The notes below the pieces were generated by a model. The model was not told where the DNA came from. It saw nothing but the letters and a program-made list of their open reading frames with translations, and did not search any database. A stretch of 64,000 nucleotides of DNA from Nitrospirota bacterium. GTDB lineage: Bacteria > Nitrospirota > UBA9217. Both the position numbers and the translations under genes were made by a program. Location: contig CAWJQQ010000009.1 in NCBI GenBank assembly GCA_963845065.1, positions 1,024,001 through 1,088,000 of the forward strand. Reading direction: 5' to 3'. Shown here one piece after another: positions 29,249 to 38,275 of the stretch. Positions within the stretch are counted from its first letter, which is position 1, and every line of letters starts with the position of its first letter.

Positions 29249-29758
29249 ATGCTAATAAAAGAGTTGAATGGACATACCCCGAAGTTCGGCAAGGATTGTT
29301 TCTTGGCCGAGAATTCCGTCATTATTGGCGACGTAGTGATGGGAGATCAGTGCAGTATCTGGTACAATGCAGTGATTCGGGGTGATGTTCACTTTATTCG
29401 GATGGGTAACAAAGTGAACATCCAGGATGGAGCTGTGGTGCATTGTACCTATCAGAAATCGCCGACCACGATCGGTAATAACGTCTCCGTTGGGCACAAT
29501 GCCGTCGTTCATGGCTGCACTATTCACGATAATGTTCTTGTGGGAATGGGGGCGATAGTTATGGATGATTGCGTCGTTGAAAGCAATTCAATCATAGCTG
29601 CCGGTGCCGTAGTTACCGAAGGTACACGGGTAGAGGCGGGAACGATTTATGCCGGTGTGCCGGCGAGAAAGGTAAAAGATATCAGTCAGGAACTTATTAC
29701 TGGTGAAATTGAAAGAATAGCGAACAATTATATTAAATACGCCAGCTGGTACAAATAG
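29249..29758 (+). CDS. Gamma carbonic anhydrase-family protein
   Basis: Hexapeptide repeats; RGD, NIQD...H, GH...HGC metal ligands. Confidence 0.92.
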   Translation: MLIKELNGHTPKFGKDCFLAENSVIIGDVVMGDQCSIWYNAVIRGDVHFIRMGNKVNIQDGAVVHCTYQKSPTTIGNNVSVGHNAVVHGCTIHDNVLVGMGAIVMDDCVVESNSIIAAGAVVTEGTRVEAGTIYAGVPARKVKDISQELITGEIERIANNYIKYASWYK

Positions 29759-29821
29759 CATTATCTACCCTAACCCCTTCCTTTATTTTCTTTTTTGGGT
29801 TTACAAAAAGGCAAGAAGGCT
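29722..29821 (+). repeat. ~100-bp direct repeat, copy 1
   Basis: Manual ungapped alignment to 35331-35384 + 36778-36788 + 38280-38314 gives about 83/100 identities. Confidence 0.85.
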
Positions 29822-29841
29822 ATCCCATATTCAGCAGTCAC

Positions 29842-31528
29842 CAAACTATCCGCAGAAAGCCCCTGGTTTTAACCATGGGGATGAATGCGAGAACTTTGTT
29901 TTTCAGCAATTGCTGGACAAATGTATATCTATGTGGTATATTTGAGCAACCAATGCCTCGTAAACGTAAACCTAAAACCCCATCTTTTGTACACGAGTTC
30001 CAACTCGTAGTGACTCCAAAGGATAATCGAACGCTAGATGTCCGGCTCGAAGCTGGCCGTTATCTGTACAATGCCTGCCTTGGTGAAGCGATGAAGCATC
30101 TTGCCGCCATGCGCCGATCCCCCAAATGGCTCGTGGCGGTCACGAAGAAGAAAAGCAAGCTTCGCACCAAGATGTTTAAGACAGCCAGAAACAAGGCTGA
30201 ATATACCGAATACCATCTCCATGAGTATGTCGGGAGCCTCCGCAATTCGTGTTGGATCGGAGACCATATTGACAGCCTGGCCGCCCAGAAGATAGCGACC
30301 AGGGCGTTTGATGCCGTTGCTGACTACGAGTTCGGCAAGCATGGGAAACCACGGTTCAAGCGTCGTGGCTGGATGTCTTCGCTCGAAGGCAAAAACAACA
30401 AGTCTGGTATTCGGTGGTGCGATGACCATGTTGAATGGTCTGGACTTAGCCTTACCTGTGTCTTCGACAAAAAAGACAAGTTTGGCGTTCAGGCACATGC
30501 GCTTAGCCATGATGTTAAATATGTTCGTTTGGTGAAGAAAGCCATCTGCGGTAACGCCTGCTGGTTCGCCCAACTCGTGCTTAAAGGCACGGCCAGGATC
30601 AAGCGTGAGAACCAGATTGGCACCGAAACCGTTGGCCTTGATATTGGTCCATCCACGGGTGCTATCGTTAGCGATACCGATGCGTTGCTCGTAGCATTTT
30701 GTCCGGAAGTCGAGATTCCGTACAAACAAATCCGCGTGGTTCAGCGTAAGATGGCCAGAAGCCTGAGGGCTGCCAACCCGGACAACTACAACGAAGACGG
30801 CATGACTAAGACTGGTGCCGGCAAGGGTAAAAAGCGGTGGATATTCTCTGCTCAATACCGTGCGCTTAAGGCTGAACTAGCCGAGCTACAGCGAGTTTTG
30901 GCTGAAACCAGAAAACGGGCTCATGGCACGTTAGCCAATGAAATTCTTAAGCTCGGAACCAACATAAAGACCGAGAAACTGTCGTACAGAGCATTCCAGA
31001 AACTCTATGGTAAAAGTATTTCAAGACGCGCTCCGGGGATGTTTATTTCGATGCTTCGCCGCAAAGCCGAAAACGCTGGCGGTAAAGTAACTGAATTTTC
31101 TACCCGGAGCACGAAGCTTTCAGAGACATGCCACTGCGGGGAAGTAGCCAAAAAACCGCTATCCCACAGATGGCATGACTGTAACTGCGGGGTAAACACT
31201 CAACGCGATCTCTACTCCGCATATCTTGCAAAATATGTTTTTGAAAATGTCCTCGACACGCGTCAAGCCGCAGCAGCTTGGCCGGGTGCAAACCTGCTCC
31301 TGGAACGGGCGGTGTTGAGGGTGCAGCTTGAAGCGGCAAATGGCCGAATTCACCCGGCCAGCTTCGGTATTAACAACATGAGAGCCAACACCACGAACCG
31401 GAGACAGAGTTGCTTGCCCGTTAAAAACGGATCAACGATAGTCGATGCCGGCAACGTCTGTATTGTTGCCGAAAAGCCTGTCGGTATTGCCGTTAGAACC
31501 CCCTGTCTTTAGACATCGGGTAGGTCAG
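29842..31528 (+). mobile_element. IS200/IS605-family tnpB-only (IS1341-type) element 1
   Basis: LE: AAAG + CCCCTGGTTTTAACCATGGGG hairpin, preceded by TCAC. RE: GAAC + hairpin + TCAG (31525-31528). No tnpA. Confidence 0.85.
29953..31512 (+). CDS. tnpB: Long TnpB RNA-guided nuclease, RuvC triad intact
   Basis: VGLDIG (RuvC-I), KTEKL (RuvC-II), SETCHC...CNC Zn finger, QRDLYSA (RuvC-III). Probable start ATG 29953. Confidence 0.88.
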   Translation: MPRKRKPKTPSFVHEFQLVVTPKDNRTLDVRLEAGRYLYNACLGEAMKHLAAMRRSPKWLVAVTKKKSKLRTKMFKTARNKAEYTEYHLHEYVGSLRNSCWIGDHIDSLAAQKIATRAFDAVADYEFGKHGKPRFKRRGWMSSLEGKNNKSGIRWCDDHVEWSGLSLTCVFDKKDKFGVQAHALSHDVKYVRLVKKAICGNACWFAQLVLKGTARIKRENQIGTETVGLDIGPSTGAIVSDTDALLVAFCPEVEIPYKQIRVVQRKMARSLRAANPDNYNEDGMTKTGAGKGKKRWIFSAQYRALKAELAELQRVLAETRKRAHGTLANEILKLGTNIKTEKLSYRAFQKLYGKSISRRAPGMFISMLRRKAENAGGKVTEFSTRSTKLSETCHCGEVAKKPLSHRWHDCNCGVNTQRDLYSAYLAKYVFENVLDTRQAAAAWPGANLLLERAVLRVQLEAANGRIHPASFGINNMRANTTNRRQSCLPVKNGSTIVDAGNVCIVAEKPVGIAVRTPCL

Positions 31529-31662
31529 CTGTAAATAACGACTATCCCACTTAATTATATAATTTGCAGAAGATGGGTTAGAAATCGTGAACTCGACACT
31601 TCAACGCTTGAAAAACCGTCTGCTTTTGCGCTTTGACCGGACAATGATCATTGATAAACCGA

Positions 31663-33672
31663 TCAGGTTATGAACGTGATGAGGACCTCATCAGTTTCCA
31701 CAGCTTTGCCGATAGTTGCTGTCACATTTTCCACAACCCCTTCGCAGGGTGAGGAAACACCGCTTTCCATTTTCATGGATTCAATGACCACGAGATCCTG
31801 GCCGCGGTACACACGATCACCTTTCTTAACCAGGATACTTACCACCATGCCGGGAAGGGGCGAGAGGAGCTCATTTTCGTGAGCGTCTTTCTTCTCCTTT
31901 GGCATGTATTGGGCCAACTCCCACTCCCGTGGAGTGTATAACTCAAAAATTCGGGAAATGCCGCAATAAGCGGCCCACATGAAATTCTGCCGGTATTGAA
32001 GACTGAAGTAATGATCCAAGCCGTTTATCGACAGTTTCAATATTCGCCTGTAGAATTCAAATACCGGTGTGACGACACTATAGTCCGCGCCGTTTACCTT
32101 GAAACGCCAGTCCGAGGAGGTAAGTTCTCCAACTAATTCAACTTCAAAGATATCATTATTGCCTTTGACCACATAACGATGCTTCTGATCCGGCTTGTGA
32201 GATAGACCGACTTTTGCAGCCATGGGTTTTAGAGATTCACGGACCAGGTTCTTGCGGTTATGATAAACGATGGTTGCGGCAATGACCATGGCATAAAGCT
32301 GCTCCATCGGTGGGTCGATTTTGGCCTTGCCTTCCTCAAAATATTCATCAATGAATCCAGTTGAAAGCTCTCCTTTGATAAAGGCAGGATGGTTGAGAAT
32401 GGAGTTTGCAAAATTCACATTGGTGGTCACGCCCTCGATATGGTATCGATTCAGGGCATTGATCAGGGTGGTTCTGGCTTTTTCCCGCGTCTCACCCCAG
32501 CTGATCACTTTGGAGAGAAGCGAGTCGTAATACACGCTTATGAAACTGCCGGCCTCTACACCGCTGTCAAGCCTGACATTTCTGCCCTTGAGATTTGAAT
32601 ACCGGGTGATCAGTCCGGTCGACGGCAGAAAATTTCGGGCAGAATCCTCAGCGCAAATCCTAGCCTCTATGGACCAGCCTTTGATTGAGACATCCGCCTG
32701 CGCGATCGGCAGAGGTTCGCCCGCCGCTACCCTGAGCTGCAGTTCTATGAGGTCAAGGGATGTAACCATCTCGGTGACCGGATGCTCCACCTGAAGCCTT
32801 GTATTCATTTCCATGAAGAAAAAGTTTCCATGATCATCCAGGATGAATTCCACTGTTCCTGCATTGGAATACCCCGCCTCCCGGGCCAGCGCACAGGCCA
32901 TGTCGCCCATACGGGATCTGAGTTTCGCATCAACCACCGGGGAGGGCGCCTCTTCGATCACCTTCTGGTAGCGCCGCTGGATTGAGCATTCCCGTTCTCC
33001 AAGAGAGACGACGTTTCCATGCTGGTCAGCAATGATCTGGATCTCAATATGGCGGGGAGTGCTGACAAATCGCTCCAGAAAGATCCTGTTGTCGCCAAAT
33101 GCCTTGCGGGTCTCGTCCTGAGCCGACTGAAGGGCGGATTCAAGTTCATCAGGCCCGGCAACCTTGCGCATACCCCGGCCGCCGCCTCCGGCAGCCGGCT
33201 TGAGCAGAACAGGATACCCGATTTGAGCGGCAATCGCCTTGATTTCTTCAAGTTCGACAACAGGCCGGTTGTGACCGGGCACCACCGGCACCCCCGCTTT
33301 CATAGCGATATCTTTGGCGGAAATTTTATCTCCGAGAGCGGCGATTACCTCCGCTGAAGGCCCGATAAATGTCAACCCCGCCTTGACCACAGCTGCGGAA
33401 AATTTTGAATTCTCCGAAAGAAACCCATAACCCGGATGAATGGCCTGGCAACCCTGCGCAATCGCAGCCTTGATGATATTTTCATACACAAGATACGAGG
33501 AAGAAGAAGGCGATGGTCCGATATGAACAGCCTCGTCAGCCTCCCGGACATAGAGTGAGCGTGCGTCAATATCAGAATATACAGCCACAGTCTTTACGTT
33601 CAGCTTCCTGCAGGTCCTGATTATACGGATTGCAATCTCACCACGGTTTGCTATAAGAATTTTTTCAAACAT
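31663..33672 (-). CDS. pccA: Propionyl-CoA carboxylase alpha (biotin carboxylase + BCCP)
   Basis: ANRGEIA, HPGYGFLSEN, GGGGRG, ERECSIQRR, EMNTRLQVEHPVTE, C-terminal ESMKM. Confidence 0.9.
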   Translation of the reverse strand: MFEKILIANRGEIAIRIIRTCRKLNVKTVAVYSDIDARSLYVREADEAVHIGPSPSSSSYLVYENIIKAAIAQGCQAIHPGYGFLSENSKFSAAVVKAGLTFIGPSAEVIAALGDKISAKDIAMKAGVPVVPGHNRPVVELEEIKAIAAQIGYPVLLKPAAGGGGRGMRKVAGPDELESALQSAQDETRKAFGDNRIFLERFVSTPRHIEIQIIADQHGNVVSLGERECSIQRRYQKVIEEAPSPVVDAKLRSRMGDMACALAREAGYSNAGTVEFILDDHGNFFFMEMNTRLQVEHPVTEMVTSLDLIELQLRVAAGEPLPIAQADVSIKGWSIEARICAEDSARNFLPSTGLITRYSNLKGRNVRLDSGVEAGSFISVYYDSLLSKVISWGETREKARTTLINALNRYHIEGVTTNVNFANSILNHPAFIKGELSTGFIDEYFEEGKAKIDPPMEQLYAMVIAATIVYHNRKNLVRESLKPMAAKVGLSHKPDQKHRYVVKGNNDIFEVELVGELTSSDWRFKVNGADYSVVTPVFEFYRRILKLSINGLDHYFSLQYRQNFMWAAYCGISRIFELYTPREWELAQYMPKEKKDAHENELLSPLPGMVVSILVKKGDRVYRGQDLVVIESMKMESGVSSPCEGVVENVTATIGKAVETDEVLITFIT

Positions 33673-33729
33673 AGTGACCCCTTAAATGTAATATCACTAT
33701 TCTCTCCAGAGCGTATCGCAACTCACGTA

Positions 33730-35283
33730 TCACAATGGAATATTCCCGTGTTTCCTCTGCGGCCGCATTGTCTGCTTGTTTTCCAGAAACTGGAGGCTAC
33801 GGATCAGCCGGTGCCTTGTATCACGCGGATTGATGACGTCGTCGATGAATCCTCTCTTGGCTGCCATGAAGGGATTGGCGTACGTTTGCCGGTATTCTTC
33901 TGTTTTCCGGGCGAGCATCTCTTCGGGGTTGCCGGCCTCGTCAATCTCCTTGCGGTAAATGATCTGCGCTGCGGCTTTGGGGCCAAGCACGGCGATTTCC
34001 GCTGCGGGCCAGGCAAAATTTATATCGCAGCCGATGTGCTTGGAATTCATGACTACGTATGCGCCGCCATATGCTTTCCGGATAATGACCGTTATCCGCG
34101 GCACCGTAGCTTCTGAAAAAGCATAGAGCAGCTTTGCTCCGTGCCGAATGATGCCGCCGTGCTCCTGCACCGGACCAGGCATAAAACCTGGGACGTCCTC
34201 AAGGCAGACGAGCGGGATATTGAAGGCATCGCAGAAACGGACAAAGCGGGCGGCTTTTTCAGAAGCCTGGACGTCAATGACACCAGCAAGCACTGCGGGC
34301 TGATTGGCGATGAGACCGATGGCCTGTCCGCCGAGACGGCCGAAACCCACAATGATGTTCCGTGCAAAATGGGGATGGATCTCCAGAAATTCCGCCCCGT
34401 CCAGAATGCTGGTGATGAGAATCTTCATATCATAGGTCTGGTTTGGATTTGCCGGGACCAGATAATCCAATGCTGGGTCGGTGCGCTCAGCCGGGTCCCT
34501 CAGATCAAGGATCGGCGCCTGCTGACGATTGTTTGAAGGCAGATAATTGATCAGCCGCCTCACCTCCCGCAGGCACAGAATGTCATTGGGTAATGCGAAA
34601 TGGGCCACGCCGCTCTTTTTGCTGTGCACCATCGTCCCGCCCAGTTCTTCTGCTGTGATGTCCTGGTGGGTGACAGTCTTGACCACATTGGGTCCCGTGA
34701 CAAACATGTATGAGGTGTTTTCGACCATGAAGGTAAAATCCGTTATGGCAGGGCTGTAGACCGCACCACCGGCGCAGGGGCCCATAATGCACGATATCTG
34801 CGGCACCACCCCGCTTGCCTGGACATTGCGATGGAAAATCCCTCCATACGCTGCTAGCGATTCAACCCCTTCCTGGATGCGCGCACCGCCGGAATCATTC
34901 AGGCCGATGATGGGCGCACCGACTCGCACGGCATGATCCATTACCTTGCAGACCTTCTGAGAATGGGCCTCCCCCAGCGATCCTCCCATGATGGTGAAAT
35001 CCTGGCTGAAAATGAAGACTTCGCGGCCGTCAATGGTGCCGTGTCCGGTGATCACGCCATCTCCTGGAAACTCACCGATCCCGGCATTCAGGCCCGCTCT
35101 TCCGGCCATCAGAAGATCGAATTCTTCAAATGAACCCTCATCAAGGAGAAGATCGATACGCTCCCGCGCGGTGAGCTTTCCCTTCCTGTGCTGGGCATCG
35201 ACTCTCTTTGCACCTCCCCCAAGAAAAGCCTCCTCTTTCATGGATTCAAGCTTTATCAGATTATCCTGTCCAGACTGTTGCAT
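33730..35283 (-). CDS. pccB: Propionyl-CoA carboxylase beta (carboxyltransferase)
   Basis: Same family motifs as 24938-26488; co-oriented directly upstream of pccA. Confidence 0.9.
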   Translation of the reverse strand: MQQSGQDNLIKLESMKEEAFLGGGAKRVDAQHRKGKLTARERIDLLLDEGSFEEFDLLMAGRAGLNAGIGEFPGDGVITGHGTIDGREVFIFSQDFTIMGGSLGEAHSQKVCKVMDHAVRVGAPIIGLNDSGGARIQEGVESLAAYGGIFHRNVQASGVVPQISCIMGPCAGGAVYSPAITDFTFMVENTSYMFVTGPNVVKTVTHQDITAEELGGTMVHSKKSGVAHFALPNDILCLREVRRLINYLPSNNRQQAPILDLRDPAERTDPALDYLVPANPNQTYDMKILITSILDGAEFLEIHPHFARNIIVGFGRLGGQAIGLIANQPAVLAGVIDVQASEKAARFVRFCDAFNIPLVCLEDVPGFMPGPVQEHGGIIRHGAKLLYAFSEATVPRITVIIRKAYGGAYVVMNSKHIGCDINFAWPAAEIAVLGPKAAAQIIYRKEIDEAGNPEEMLARKTEEYRQTYANPFMAAKRGFIDDVINPRDTRHRLIRSLQFLENKQTMRPQRKHGNIPL

Positions 35284-35330
35284 GGTAACACCTCACCGGA
35301 AAAGGTCCTATTAACGGAACTCAGTGAGCA

Positions 35331-35384
35331 GAACAGCTATATTATATACGCCAGCTCTTTAAAATAGCATTTTCTACCCTACAC
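35331..35384 (+). repeat. ~100-bp direct repeat, copy 2 first part (continues at 36778-36788 and 38280-38314)
   Basis: GAACAGCTATATTATATACGCCAGCT...AAATAGCATTTTCTACCCTACAC aligns with 29722-29775. Confidence 0.85.
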
Positions 35385-36768
35385 CACTCTTGTCCAAAAT
35401 AGGTTTTGAAAAAAAATCCGATCTGGGTAATATAGTCGTTGCGAGCAACAATAAAACCCAGACCGGAGGAAAGCATGAATAATTTTACCAGTATCTTTAG
35501 TCAAATTCTATCTCTTTTTACACGCATTGACTTTGGAAAAGCTGTGAAGGAAACGAAAGCGGAGCGAAGAGCAAAAGGATTTACGTGTTGGGGACAATTC
35601 GTATCCATGTTGTTTTGCCAGTTAGGAAGAGCGCACTCGTTAAGGGAGATTACTGGTGGACGGCGGAGTTGTGAGGGCAAGTTGCAACATTTGGGGATAA
35701 CGGTGCCGAGCCGTTCCACGCTTGCCTATGCCAATGAGCATCGGCCCTGGGAACTGTATTAGCATGTCTTCTTTTCTTTGATGCCGCGGTGTCGCGACCA
35801 GAAACTCTGGAAAAAGAAGTTTCGGTTCAAAAATAAGCTGATGAGCCTTGATTCCTCGACGATCGATTTGTGTTTGTAGATGTATGACTGGGCGAAGTTC
35901 CGCCGCACGAAGGGTGCGATAAAGCTTCATCTCGTATTGGACTATGACGGCTATCTTCCGTCCTATCGGTCATTACCGATGGGAAGGTTTCCGACGTGAA
36001 AGTGGCTCATCTACTGGAGTTTGATCCTGGCACGATCGTAGTGGATGATCGGGGCTACAATGATTACGAACTATTTGAAAAATGGACCGGCAGGGTGTTT
36101 TCTTTGTGACTCGTATGAAGGCTAACGCCGTCTATGCAGTTGTGGAGAAACGGAAAGTTCCGGAGAACAGGAATATCCTCAGGGACGATGTAATCCGTTT
36201 GACGGGGCTCAAGGCTGCCGAAAAGTGTCCCTCTTTGCTTCGTCGCATTGAACTGTATGATCCAGAAAAAGATTAGGTTTTCGTTTTTCTAACGAACCAT
36301 TTGGCGTTGGGCGCTACAATAATCTGCGTCATATATAAGGATCGCTGGCAAATCGAATTGTTTTTCAAGGCGCTCAAACAGAACCTGAAGATTAAGACCT
36401 TTGTCGGAACCAGCGCCATTGCGGTGAAGATTCAGATTTGGACAGCGCTTATCTCAATACTCATTCTCCGCTATTTGCAATTACAATCCAAATTTGGCTG
36501 GTCTCTCTCCAACTTGGTGGCGTTATTACGCATGAATCTCTTTACCCATGGAATTGTGGGCTTGGTTGGATAAACCCTTTGACGTGTTGCCGGAATCGTA
36601 CGTGCAAGAGAAGCTTCAATTTTTTGACTTCTCTTGATTTGGACAGCATGACGGGCATTATGGAGAGTTCCAAAGGGAACCTGATTCAGAAAGTGCATAT
36701 TTGCTTGTCTAAAATCCGCATCAATAGCGTGGTGGATGGTTGATCTCAGGCTATTTTAGACAGCAATG
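35385..36768 (+). mobile_element. IS4-family insertion sequence, inactivated
   Basis: Imperfect 18-bp TIRs (CACTCTTGTCCAAAATAG / CTATTTTAGACAGCAATG) and a 9-bp TSD ACCCTACAC at 35376-35384 and 36769-36777. Confidence 0.92.
35475..36600 (+). pseudogene. IS4-family DDE transposase pseudogene
   Basis: Fragments QFVSMLFCQL...SLREI, SRSTLAYAN, DSSTI, DRGY, YKDRWQIELFFKALKQ, with several stops and frameshifts. Confidence 0.9.
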
Positions 36769-36878
36769 ACCCTACACCCATCCTTTATCTCAATGCGCCG
36801 TAAGACCCCGGCCGTCAGGCCGGGGATATAAGGCGCTTGTAGCGAAGCACACAAGGAATTGCTGTCCCTGATCAGACA

Positions 36879-36907
36879 TTGACAAAAGTTCACCTGCCTG
36901 GTATAAT
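36879..36907 (+). promoter_or_regulatory. Perfect-consensus sigma70 promoter of tnpB (probably leaderless mRNA)
   Basis: TTGACA-N17-TATAAT with TG extension; ATG 7 nt after the -10 box. Confidence 0.8.
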
Positions 36908-36914
36908 TTTTACT

Positions 36915-38240
36915 ATGACTGATCGAGCAAAAGAGCCCGATGTACAAACAATGACTGTCGTTGGTAAAGTATTGGTAACGGACGACAGCACTGCTCTGTC
37001 GCTCGGGCTGCTCGGTTTTTCTGCAACGAAGCTTTGGAACACCGCTGTGTGGCATACCAGGAACGTCTGGATGGCCACGGGGAAAATACTCACCTACCCC
37101 GAGCTTGATATCGCTCTTAAACAAGAGCATCCGCTCTGGTATCGCCGGCTGCACTCCCAGAGCTCTCAGGCAATCCTGGAAGAGCTTCGGCAGTCCTATC
37201 AATCATGGTTTGCGCTCCGTAAGAAAGGCGATAAGAAAGCCAACCCCCCTGGTTTCAGGCGAAAAGCCGATCTGTCAACGGTGATATTCAAACAAAGAGC
37301 CGTCACGTGGAATGAGCGTACCTCCACGGTGCGCCTCAGCATCCCGAAGGACATCTACGGCAAACAATTTCTCTTTCTGAAGCTCCGCATTCCTAACGGC
37401 ACACGTCTTACCGAGGACAATGTCCAGATAGGCCGTCTGGTACATGATAAAGGCATGTGGTTTGTCCACCTGGTCTATAAGATAACGCTCCCCGTATTGA
37501 AAGGAGAAGTGGAAACGATGGCACTTGACTTGGGTATGAAGTATCTGGCCGCCACGGCATGCACGGATGGAAGCACCTCCCTTTGGTCAGGTGGTGAGTT
37601 GGCCGCTCTCGAGCGGTACTTTGAAATGCAAAAGTCAAAGACGACCAACAGCAAGTCCCGGAAATCAGGTGCGTTGAACCAGAAACGGTCTCGTCAGCGT
37701 TCCCACCTGCTCCACAGCTTTATCAAATCCCTTGTCCGCGATGCAGAAGCTCGCGGTGTCTCCACGATCATCGTGGGGGACCTGAAGGACATCAGAGAAG
37801 GCAAAGATTGGGGAAAGAGCGGAAACCAGCAGTTCCATAAATGGCCGTTTGACCGGATCGTCAGGATGCTTACGTACAAAGCCAGGCTCAAAGGCATCCG
37901 CGTTGTAGAAGAAAAGGAGCACTACACGAGCCAGACCTGCTGTGTATGCAACACAAGGGATAAGGCCAGCCGTGTGCATCGTGGCCTCTACGTTTGCAAG
38001 CATTGCGGTGCCGTAATCCATGCTGACGTGAACGGAGCAATCAACATTCTCAAAAAGTATCTCCCGGAGCAACTAGGTGTCTCCTGGAGTAGTGGCTGTT
38101 TGGCACAGCCTTCGGTCAACCGGTTCGCCTGGAGAAATACCAGGCCAGCAGCATCAGCCCATGAACCGGGGACGTGGCAAACATCTCTGCCGCATCCGAA
38201 AACAGAATCAGCAGTGGCACTCAGTAGTATGAGAGCCTGA
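36915..38240 (+). CDS. tnpB: TnpB RNA-guided nuclease
   Basis: ALDLG, IIVGDL, TSQTCCVC...CKHC, HADVNGAINI. Likely start 36915. Confidence 0.9.
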   Translation: MTDRAKEPDVQTMTVVGKVLVTDDSTALSLGLLGFSATKLWNTAVWHTRNVWMATGKILTYPELDIALKQEHPLWYRRLHSQSSQAILEELRQSYQSWFALRKKGDKKANPPGFRRKADLSTVIFKQRAVTWNERTSTVRLSIPKDIYGKQFLFLKLRIPNGTRLTEDNVQIGRLVHDKGMWFVHLVYKITLPVLKGEVETMALDLGMKYLAATACTDGSTSLWSGGELAALERYFEMQKSKTTNSKSRKSGALNQKRSRQRSHLLHSFIKSLVRDAEARGVSTIIVGDLKDIREGKDWGKSGNQQFHKWPFDRIVRMLTYKARLKGIRVVEEKEHYTSQTCCVCNTRDKASRVHRGLYVCKHCGAVIHADVNGAINILKKYLPEQLGVSWSSGCLAQPSVNRFAWRNTRPAASAHEPGTWQTSLPHPKTESAVALSSMRA

Positions 38241-38275
38241 TTCGGGAATCCCCGTCCGTGAGGCCGGGGAGGATG

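Noticed and set aside
29875..29952. ORF-track N-terminal extension of tnpB
   Set aside because: It overlaps the left-end hairpin and promoter; the homologous copy starts at the position equivalent to 29953.
37765..37790. TnpB-2 as a nuclease-dead regulator because RuvC-II reads IVGDL
   Set aside because: The GD variant is common among TnpBs, both catalytic Asp motifs and the IS ends are intact, and the guide is simply flanking DNA.
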